A stretch of DNA of 62,342 bases, filler included, from Platydemus manokwari (Eukaryota): assembly GCA_037951405.1 (NCBI GenBank). It is 6 parts of 6 records of this genome, joined end to end, with 100 filler letters (N's around TTAATTAATTAA, not from the genome) between each part and the next. Parts side by side here need not be neighbours in the genome. Positions count along the whole stretch, not along the records: positions 51,994 to 62,342 come from JBBMOY011142104.1; 5 more parts are not named here. One strand, written 5' to 3'. The number at the start of each line of letters is the position of its first letter. Position 1 is the stretch's first letter. The position numbers and the translations under genes are program-made. The notes beneath the pieces were generated by a model that saw only the letters and a list, made by a program, of their open reading frames with translations, did no database searches and was not told the DNA's origin. Shown piece by piece: positions 51,994-62,342 of the stretch.

Positions 51994-53244
51994 ATTAATT
52001 CGTTGGAATTTCTAAAAGTCTAAAAATAATAGAATTTATTAAATAGAATTATTAAAATAGTTGGAATTAATTTGTTGGAAAAATAAAATAATTTTAATGT
52101 CGAAGTGGAAAAATGAAAATGTTTTAAATTTCTAAAGCGAATTTTCCACTTCTAAAATAGTATAAATAGGCACCAAAAATCATTAATTTTCGCTCACAAA
52201 ATCATAACGATAAAACTAGAGAAGTTAAAATCTTGAAGAGAAATCTACGAAAAGCTGCCTACGATATTATTTTCTAGAAGAAGAGTTAATCGACTGAGGA
52301 AACTTCATAGAAAGAAACTTGAACATCTGTGGCAATTTTGGATATGACATAAACAAGGCGTGAAAAGCAAGGTGCGAAGAATAAAGAAACCTAATTGAAA
52401 TTTATATTTTAAAATTTATATTCTTTAAAATCATTATCTATTAGTTTGTTTCGTTAAATTTGAATCAGCCACTCCCAAACCATAAATTGATTGAGTCAAA
52501 TTTGAGTTTTTTGTAGATTAAATAATTTTGATTGTTGATCCGGTTTACAAATTGAATAAATTATGTACTTGTTAATTGTAATTTACAGAAACCTTTGTAT
52601 TTGTAATAGTTTTTGAATTCAAATAATAAATAGTATTTTTGTAATAGACTGATAGTCGAGAGGGTTAGTTTGAATTTACGTCAAACTAACCTGAACGAAC
52701 TCATTTGTGTTGCGAATACTAACTAATAAGACCCAAAACCCAACACATGGAAAATAACACAAATTAACCTAAGAATAAAATAAAATTTTATATAACAAAT
52801 AATGACCAAACAGAACCCTATTTAGCTTGTGTCAATTTATGTAAAGAATTTCAAAACAAATCACAATGGAATATGCTAGATTTTGTTTTGATATTTATGC
52901 TCAAGTTGATACATTAATAATACATGAATTTAATGTTAATATAGAAATTAAAAAAGATCCTGATTTATAATGTAAGGCTTATTGTTGTATGTTAGAAGAA
53001 AAAGCTGTTGAAATATTAATTAAAGAAGGAAAATGTATAGTATTCATTCTAAATTTGATATATTTTATTTCAAACCTATTAAATATTTTTATTGAAAAAA
53101 TAACTAACGATGGAAAACTTTTAAAGTAAATAATTAGAACAAAAAATAAAAATCCTTGAATTAAAACAAAGAAAAGAAAATAAGGAAGGAAATTATTAAT
53201 GAACAAAAAAGAATCATTGCTAATAAAAAAGATTTTAAAAAACA

Positions 53245-53375
53245 AAAATATGGTAGTGTTTTTATTTTACCAGCAATAATAGCAGGTTTTGGTGGTGCAG
53301 TAGAAATTACTGGAGGAGTTGCAATCGTAGTAAATCAAGCAAAACAAGCTAAGAAAGCCGATGCAGAGCTGGTGA
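53245..53375 (+). pseudogene. Maverick/Polinton small Gly/Ala-rich (GGFLPL-type) protein fragment
   Basis: Reads KYGSVFILPAIIAGFGGAVEITGGVAIVVNQAKQAKKADAEL and abuts the ATPase fragment. Confidence 0.5.
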
Positions 53376-53404
53376 AAATCACCTTAGAAATTTGTAGAAT
53401 AAAA

Positions 53405-53640
53405 CAAGTAAACATTGGAGGTAAATATATTAAATCTTTATCCCTTTTATTTAATTTAAACAAAATAATGAAGTTCGAATTATTTCTGATTGCTTTCTTT
53501 GGTAAATAATTACAACTTTGTGATAAATAAATTGAATTATAATTATTATGTCTTCCTCTTGTATAACAAGAGAACATTATTTCTTGATTTTTTTTCTTTT
53601 ACACAAATATCAAATATAATTACATTTTTTAAGTCAGAAG
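53405..53640 (-). mobile_element. Maverick/Polinton packaging ATPase (A32/FtsK-like) C-terminal fragment
   Basis: NVIIFDICVKEKNQEIMFSCYTRGRHNNYNSIYLSQSCNYLPKKAIRNNSNFIILFK contains a decayed Walker B, the arginine-finger GRH, LSQ and IRxN motifs. Confidence 0.85.
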
Positions 53641-55245
53641 ACATCTTAATTTATTAAATTTAGAAATCATGGTTATAGAAAGAACTTCGTTCTCTATATT
53701 AGATTTTTTTGGGAAATACCAAAGGCTTAATAGAATCTATAATTTCATCATAAGTTTCACATATTTGTCTAATAGTTAAGTCTTTTTCAAATTTTTCTTG
53801 TTCTTCAAATATCTTTATTATTTATATTATACCTACAAACTCTACAGAAATTACCACCAGTTTCAGAATCAACTTTATGTTGGGAACCAAAATATAATAA
53901 AATAAAATATAAACAAAATATACTAATAATAAATGAAATTAGTTAATAGCCCACGTACTACCCACATTACCGTAAAAATATACTAATAATAAAAATAATA
54001 ATAAAATTTATTACACATCAACACGGTGGTAACAATTATAATAATAATATTTATTAAATACATCATCATGGTGATTTAATGTATCACCATGATAACAGCA
54101 AATAAAAGTCTAAAAATCGGGAAATTTTTCAAAAAATTAATAATCAACTCCAACGTACGTCCACAAAGAAAAGTACTATATTATTATTGGGTATTACTGT
54201 TGGGTATATCACAAATCAATCAAATGGGTCCCGAGAACCAAGGGAAAACCCTTAAAAGGGTCAATACACACTCTTTTTTGGTCGGTAACTTTAGTGCTTA
54301 GCTTATGTGTTATTTCAGTAATCAATTTTCTGTTTTTCACTTTCGTTTGCTTATACCATCTTAAATGATTTTCTTTGTGAATTGCGTAAAGATTTGTTAT
54401 TGTTATTATTGAGACTTTGGGTTAATACAGATTTGTAGATTCAAATTGTTGTTTGTTAACCCAACACTACATACTCTACATGTTTGGAAAGCCTCCAATT
54501 CTTGGAGGAATACCTTGACAGATGATGCCAATAATTTAGTTTGTCTTATTTAATAATAATATATACTATCTATTATTTAATTTATATAATACATTATAAT
54601 TAATTATATCTTATAATAAATCAAAATCATTTCAACCACAACGCAACTCGTTTCTATTAAATAAGTGTGACAATATAATTATCAAATAGATATATAAAAG
54701 TATGAAGGTTAATAAATTGGTGTTTGCTAAAATATTTGTACGTATTATAATATTTTGTGTTATAAAATAAATACTCTAAACTACTTATTAAGCGATTTCA
54801 TGGATTAAAATTTGATTAAAACATGGCTTAAATTAAAGATAAACAAAATTAATAATTTAAATTGTTATTGGAGTTTTCGTTATATTTTTTTAATTACAAT
54901 GTTTGCAGTTTATAAGAAAAATTTTAAAAGAAACGTACTATAATCCAAATTGTACAACTCGAAAAATAAAACTTAATTCAACATAGATAAGAAGATTTTA
55001 CTTTTTTCGGCGCATTACGTTTATTTTCAATGACGCTATGGCTGTCGAGAGTACTGAACTGGTGAAACTAAATCAACATTTTGATAACAACTATCAAATA
55101 TACTGCAGAAAAATGATCAGCGAGAAAAGCAATATTTACTTATTTATATGTAAAAACAAAAACCCTTTACATCTTAGTGTTTTATAAACGATAAACAAAT
55201 GAAAAACATTTATTTTGATTTAAAAATTATTTCAATAAATCGATT

Positions 55246-56796
55246 TCAGCAACCTTGTAAATGAATCAAACGACTCGGATGACATTTCGTCCGACAAAGA
55301 GGACATTCACTCTAGAATATAACGTCATATTTTTGTAATGATGAAATTATATCATTGAAAAGCGAACAATTTATTCATCATTTACTTGAAACAAAATAAT
55401 AAATAAACTCACGGTGCTTCTAGTGGCATCAATAATACACTCCCAACAGAACACGTGGCCACATGTGACAGCAGTTGGATCACGACAAGGATTCTCCAGA
55501 CAAAGGCTACATTTGGCAAATGCAAAATAATTATCAATATTAGTTTGGGTTTTATATGGAAAGCTGAAAATAATTAGAAATTAAAAATAAGTGTAAGTAT
55601 ATTTCTATATCAATACACCAATTTCTTATATATATATATGTACACACACATATTTCTCATTTAATGACGTTACCTAGTAATTTGGTCACTTCCAGAACTC
55701 AGCTGCCGCAAAATTGTGTGCAAATCAGAAATAGACCTAGCAACATTAATCAAGCCAATAACCTTGAATAATGAAGTGCTAAAGTGATCCACATCAACAG
55801 GTGAAAGTGTTACCTAGAAAGAATATTATAACGAAATAATGATAAATATAGTAAGTGGTATTTGTATTGAAGCATGTCATTAATAGTTTATTTCAAATTA
55901 AATAATGTATTAGGAACAGAAACAAATAATAAATATTAGACAACATTGATAAAGAAGACTACAATATCACAAGATAGATATAAAATTACATATTTAATTC
56001 CCAGAAGACGTTGAGCTAATAGATATCCATCACCAAGTAAATAGAACAACTGCTTGTTGAGATTCTGAAAAATTTTCATGAAAACATTTAATGTTGATCT
56101 AATTTGCTGAATTGTATTGTTTGTGCAACCATAATACAGTTGGAAATATGAATGTAATATCCGAATCACAATTCTACCAAATAAAATTGACAATGATTGC
56201 GAAGCAGCATAACATTTTAGGATCTTATCAATGAGCAATAAATGAGAATAATTAAATGATTAATCTTATTACCATCGGGCTTGGAACATTTAACTTTCTA
56301 ATACCAGTACTTCTGACAGCTATCAAACCAGCATATTCCTCTCCTAATGTTTGTAGGCCTTCAAGATCAATAAATGAATATGTTTATATTTTGTTACTCA
56401 ATTACATAATGAAAAATTAATTATATAATCATTTTCTTAATATTTGGAAAAAGTAAAAACTATAAGATTATAATAAACTCGATTTTATGAAATTAAATAT
56501 GTTTATAGATATAAACTTCATAATACATATGATGAGGAAATAAGTTAGAATTATAAACTTACATCGTGATGTGGTTCCAAAGTAATAAATAGCTTTGCTA
56601 ATTGATTCTAAAATTTCTAGGGCTGTATGCCGATGTTTTGTATCTGTATAAAGTTAGAGCCCGGATAATTTATAACGTATATCAATTTACTTAAGAACGG
56701 ATCTATGACATTTAATAAGATATTTTTTAATTTTTGAATATAAATATAATCTTTTTGATGTGATCGTATTATCAGAGCTCTAGAGGGCTTATTCAT
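55246..56796 (-). CDS. PEX10: Peroxisome biogenesis factor 10 (RING E3 ligase). 7 exons: 56796-56691, 56643-56563, 56358-56273, 56223-55990, 55813-55674, 55563-55413, 55311-55246
   Basis: Spliced product contains IIRSHQKD, IYYFGTT..LQTLGEEY, LFYLLGDGYLLAQRLLGIKY and a C3HC4 RING CSLCLENPCRDPTAVTCGHVFCWECI...ECPLCR. All exon phases are compatible. Confidence 0.95.
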
Positions 56797-57000
56797 TGAC
56801 TAATTAAAGAATAAAGTAACTCAAAAGAAATAAATTAAATTAAGTAATTTAGGAATCCGACAACAATTAACAAAATAATTTGACCTACAAATCTAATATT
56901 TAAACGATCTCAACAAAATGATTATGAGAAATTAAGATTTTATTGTATATTATTAAAATATATCTAGAAATTCGTAATTAAGGGTAACACAATATTAAAG

Positions 57001-57820
57001 TCTAATTTTTGAATATATTAATTAATTAAAAATATATTCTAATTATTCTTATTAAATTTGATAAATTTTTTTAACAATAGAAGTACATTTAAACTGATTA
57101 AATTATTAATACTGTATAGAAAGTTAGCACATTCTCTTTCCTAAAATGTGTGAAACACTACTTCTTTAAAGACATTTTAAGTATGTCAACTATATAGGAA
57201 ATTTTACTTAATTCACCATCTTACAATAAAATTACTATGCTAAAATGTTTTATACAAACTAAACAAAAATAACTTATTGTTCCTTAAATGTTCATGTTTC
57301 ATTTTTCAAAAATACAATTATACTTAGTTGAATATCCAATATAAATAATCACTATAAACAAATTTAATTTCAAATCTAAAATAAAAATTCGAAATATTGT
57401 CATAATACAAACATTTAATTTTTGTTTAATAAATATCATCAATTTCAAAGACAGAGTGCTGTTAATAGACATACTTGATATTGTTTTATTTTTTAAATAG
57501 GATTTAAATAATTTTATTAAACTTTTGTGAATTTTTGAAATGTAAATTGTTTGTTGAAATTATTAGATCAATATAACTCCGTAACTTGCTTACTATTCGT
57601 ACAAAAACAATCAAATCAAAAGTCAAAGATCAAATATTGTGTCAATGAATAATTTTTATATAAATTTTTATATAAAAATCAAGTATTAATTTAGAAATTA
57701 TTCAGAATTGGAAGCGTTGCTAATTCAAACAGAATTGAAATTATTTTTCCTTTGAAAAAATTCCATCAAAAATATGTTTGTAATTTCATAAAAATAAAAT
57801 AATTTTGTACCTTGGACCTA
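57001..57820 (+). repeat. Diverged tandem duplicate of the two flanks of the bHLH gene (A 57001-57377 ~ 57912-58270; B 57378-57820 ~ 59386-59857)
   Basis: Long shared blocks such as GTATAGAAAGTTAGCAC, AATATAAATAATCACTATAAACAAATTTAA and TGAATTTTTGAAATGTAAATTGTTTGTTGAAATTATTAGATCAATATAACTCCGTAACTTGCT. Confidence 0.92.
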
Positions 57821-58408
57821 TCATTTTAACATTTAACTACCTACACAACTATACATACATAGCAACCGAGCAATCACAACTGACTAAAATTCGAAATTGG
57901 CACAAGATTAGTCTAATTTTTGAATATTTCGAATATTTTTAATACTTATTTAAAAATTCTACTTGAATTTGATAAATTCCTTCAACAATGGAAGTACATT
58001 TAAAACTTATTAATATTATGTATAGAAAGTTAGCACTTTCTCTTTCATAAAATGTGACAAACACTACTTCTTTAAAGACATTTTCAACCTCTCTACCACA
58101 TAAAAAAGTTTACTTAATGCACTATCTAAAAATAAAACTACTACACTTGAATGTTTTATACAAACTAAACAAACTTATCGATCCTTAAACGTCCTTTTAC
58201 AAAAATACAATTAAACTTAATTGAATATCGAATATAAATAATCACTATAAACAAATTTAAATTCAAATCTTTAACAATGATGTCAATAATAAAAAACATC
58301 ATATTGCGTAAACTAAATAAAGTTGTTATTAACAAAAGATGTTTATTCAATTATATCAATATCATTATTAACAATTAAGTGAACCTTAATTATAATAAAA
58401 TCAGTCGT

Positions 58409-59355
58409 TTATTTACTACACATCAAATTATTTGCTTTTTGGATGAAATTGGCAATGTGTGTTTTGAAATTATCATCTAACATATGGCTTTTATTTTTAA
58501 ATTGCTTTTTAATTTCATCAGCTAATAACTTAAGCTGTTTCCTTGTATCATCAAGATCAGTTTTTTTATTATCATCATCGTTCAAGTAAGAACATAGAGC
58601 ATGTAGCAACACTTGATATGATACTTTTTTCATATTTTTCCGACCAAGGTTATCTCTAGCTCGTTTGATATAATGAGGTGGCAAAACATCTTGTACTTTC
58701 TTTAAGCTTTCTGAATATTGCTTGCGTCTCTGACGTTCCATTTCGTTGGAAAAATGTCGTTTGTCAAAAATCATATCCGGACGTTGATAATTATCGGATT
58801 CATCTACGCCTTCAAAAACAGAAAATAAAAATTACCAAATTAATAACACAAAATTCAGTGAACTACAACTAAAAAATTTCTGCACGTGAACAACAAATAT
58901 TACTTAAATGTCCAGATGAAGAACTCTTATTAAATTCAAAGAGATCTTCATTTGAAAACTGGCTCATGTCGTTTTTAAGACATTCTTCATTTTCGTTCAA
59001 TAATTTCATTTCGTCGCTTAAAAATGCTTGATTGTTTATGGAATTATAACTTATTTGGGGTTGACTTAAAAGAAGATTTGTACAAATATCTATAACTCAA
59101 TTAACTATATGTGAGGTTAAAAAGTAAAACCATTATCTTCATTTACGTCGCTCATATCATCAAATTCATTCTGGTAATAATCTTTAATTATAAAATGATT
59201 TATAAGAACTTTATTGCAAAAATTAACCTGACTTTCCTATAGTAAATTCTTTATCAAAATTATTATAATCTATATCATCTTCTAAGAATTCATCAAAGAA
59301 ATCTATCAGAATAATTCAAATATTCAATATGATAATCACTCAATTTACTGTTCAT
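58409..59355 (-). CDS. bHLH(-zipper) transcription factor with acidic N-terminus. 5 predicted exons: 59355-59349, 59302-59228, 59181-59131, 59089-58904, 58809-58409
   Basis: Basic region RHFSNEMERQRRKQYSESLKKVQDVLP, loop, and helix 2 KVSYQVLLHALCSYL, followed by a heptad-like segment. Upstream exons splice in frame (MNNFFDEFLEDDIDY...). AATAAA on the minus strand at ~58342-58347. Confidence 0.78.
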
Positions 59356-59869
59356 AATGGATGATTTTAACAAATTATAGTTTTTTAAACAAAAATTCGA
59401 AATATTGTCATATTCAACAAATTTAATTTTAGTTTTAATTTCTGTTTAATAAATAACATCAATTTCCAAGACAGAGTGCTGTTAACATGCATACTTAACA
59501 TTATTTTATTTGTAAATAGAATTTAAAGAATTTTATTAAACTTTAGTGAATTTTTGAAATGTAAATTGTTTGTTGAAATTATTAGATCAATATAACTCCG
59601 TAACTTGCTAACTATTCTTACAAAAATAATCTAACACTAAAAGTCAAAGATCAAATATTATGTCAATGAATAAATTTTTATATAGATTTCTAAAAATCAA
59701 GTATTAATTTAGAAATTATTCAGAATTGGAGGCGTTACAAATTCACACAGGATTGAAATCGATGAAATTATTTTTCCTTTAAAAAAATTTCACCAAAGAA
59801 ATGTTGAGTAGGGACGAAATCTCACAAAAGTAAAACAATTTTGTACTTTGGAACCATAATCAATAAATA

Positions 59870-60052
59870 CAATTGAAAATTGAGAAATAAAAGAACAAAA
59901 AAAAGATCAAAATTACACACAAATCTCAGGCACTGATGTAAAGATGCCCAACTGCCGGTTGGAAACCAAGTTTTATGTGTTGCTAATTGTGGCGTATGAA
60001 GTTTTCGTTGAGTTTTAGAGTCATTTTAGGTAAGTGCTAATTAGTATGTTTT
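59870..60052 (+). repeat. Dispersed repeat, copy of 49921-50101
   Basis: Same shared blocks, including the CCAACT-GCC-GGTTGG hairpin. Confidence 0.85.
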
Positions 60053-62342
60053 TGTTAAATACAGGTTGTAACTTTCGATTTTTTTGAGTCCCAACAGAAA
60101 TATATCAAAAATTTTATCATTTCGCAAATGTCTATGCATTGTCTTAAGTTTTTAAATTTGTACATACATATTGATTAGTTATAGAAATCATATTTATCAT
60201 TCCAATTGAAATTTACAGACTTTAAGCTATGTCTCCATATCATCTAGGAATATTTGGTAACAACAAAGTGTTTTTAAGTTACAAAAATAACAGTATTAGG
60301 GGGGTTTTATTAATAACTCATGGTATAATATCTTTCAATCTTTTTAACTCAAAATCTGAATTCATGTTTACTTGAGTTTTCTATGGCTTTATATATTGAT
60401 GGAATTTGATGATAGTGACAATTGTTAAAGATTATTGGGGTTGTATTATAATAATGATAAGCTCAAATTACAAAAGTGGAATTTGTAAAAATATATAAAT
60501 TAATATTGTAGTTATATAAGAAGGATTATGAATAAAGTCGAATAAATTTACCCCAGATCTTCAACATATCTTCATCTCCAAACATATAAGAGGCTGTTGT
60601 TGCTTTATCTCTCGGATGATGTAGTAACAATAATATTTAAAATATAAATGATAATAAATTAAATATAGTGAACAAATGCAAAAGTAGAAAAAAATACCAT
60701 ATATTAATGGACAATTAATAATCTGAATACGATCAATTTAAAAATACTCAAGGTGGTGTTCACTATTGTGGGAGCAAAGAGTGTTAGTCAAGTAAACAGT
60801 AAAGGGCGTAACACTTAGGTGCTCGGGTAAGCTTCTCGTGACAAAAATGACGACGAAGAACTTTAAGTAGTGCTAAAACTAGCCGTGGGTAGAGAATTAA
60901 TTAAACATTGAACAAATTTACTTGTGAGTTGCATCATAAAATAAAATTCTTCTGCGGATCAAAATTGGCATACAGTTGAAAAATAAATAGCTTCGGAATT
61001 GAGCTCGCGAAAATTCGTACAATTTTATAACTGTGATTAGTTGAAGTGCGAAGTGCGTCGTTATTGTGTGATGATTGTCTGTTACTGCAAGTATTTATAC
61101 AATTTTGTGTATTACTGTGAGTCATGCATCTTGTTGCTATTTTTGGCATCACTCCATGCTCAGTATCATATGTTACTAATTTTAGTTTTAGGATCTATTT
61201 TTAGCAACTAGTGTTGATATTTCCGTTTTACGTACATTATCGGTTTTATTTTTGGATTCCAATGCAATTTTTCCTAATGACCTTAGTGTCAATTAGTTTT
61301 GATTTAGTAAAACAAATTTAAAAATTTTATGAATATTTAGTAATTTTTTGAAAAAAATGTATATTATTATTTCTATTTATTTTATACTTTGGTTGGGTCA
61401 AAATACCCTGGTTGGTTCCCCATAATACTGTGACCCATACAAACAGCCAAATGAGTATCATTCTAAAATTTTAAAAGATTTTCAAAATAAGTAAGATTTT
61501 CAATAAGTAAAAGGCTTAAAGTCTTCGGTTTATACAATTACGTTTTTCTGTCAATATCGAAATTAAGTTAGAACAAGGTTAGTAAAAAATTAGTTTACTT
61601 TAATTAATTCAAAATACATACTCTTGCTTTATTATATTTAGGAATTGTATAATCTGTAGAAAGTATTAGCCTATGTATGAAAGGACTGTTAAAATTTTTA
61701 TGAAAAGGAATTTAATTTTCAAGTCAACAGAATTAAACAAATTGTTAATAAACTAATACTGCAGCGAATGAAAAGTAAAAAGTTCAAAACTGAAAATTTC
61801 TTATGGTTAAATACTTTTATTCACAAGAACTGTTGTCACATAGCCTGTCATACGTAGATGCAATTCTATAACCAAGCAAGGAGATTGAAAAAAACAAAAC
61901 TTTTTTTAGTTACCAATCCTTACTTACTTCTACTTCGAAGAGATTTGTTTTAAAATTTAATTGGATACGTCATCAAAGAATTTTTACAACTTGGATCTTG
62001 ATGAAGATTTGTGCGAATCAATTCTGAACTAACCCATATTATTGACAATCTCTAATACAAACTAATCATAAATATTAATAAATTTGAAAGTAAGAATTAA
62101 AAAGAATATCTATATATTACAAACTGCAGCTGTAAATTTAAATAAATTTAATGATATAATTTTGGAATTCAGAAAACTAATTAAATATTGATTAATCAGT
62201 TCTAGGAAATTATTAAAAATAGGTTACCAAATATAATCGATATTCCCGATAGATCAACTTAAGCTTTGCAAATCGGATTTTAAAATTTTAACTAAAATAA
62301 ATGAAGATGGGATTTAAAGATAATCATATTTAAAAAAATTAT

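Noticed and set aside
45705-56796. Apparent ubiquitin-pathway cluster (NAE1, RING ligase PEX10, retroelement Ubl-like modules)
   Set aside because: Located on different linker-separated contigs and in unrelated pathways.

Overview
Very AT-rich eukaryotic (animal) genomic DNA. (ATT)n microsatellites, many 41-50 nt GT-AG introns, mariner/Gypsy/Maverick debris and a PEX10 gene suggest a free-living flatworm such as a planarian; this is an inference only. Six ~9-11.5 kb segments are joined by identical artificial 100-bp N/TTAATTAATTAA/N linkers, so adjacency across linkers is not established. Host genes reconstructed by hand from splice sites: the 3' exons of a KIAA0513-like gene, a single-exon RYamide-type neuropeptide precursor, a 15-exon NAE1/APPBP1, a 7-exon PEX10 and a 5-exon acidic-N-terminus bHLH(-zip) gene. 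Mobile elements: a decayed Ty3/Gypsy, an internally deleted mariner, a hAT-like MITE, a Tc1/mariner transposase relic and Maverick/Polinton fragments. The most unusual object is a second LTR element (11.6-21.0 kb, minus strand). It has an LTR, a tRNA-Met PBS reiterated in tandem and a Gag capsid, but no recognisable pol. In place of pol lies ~5 kb of decayed coding sequence with what look like several ubiquitin/SUMO-like domains, followed by a short membrane protein whose N-terminus resembles chuvirus-type glycoproteins. All homology calls are by-eye motif recognition; no searches were run.
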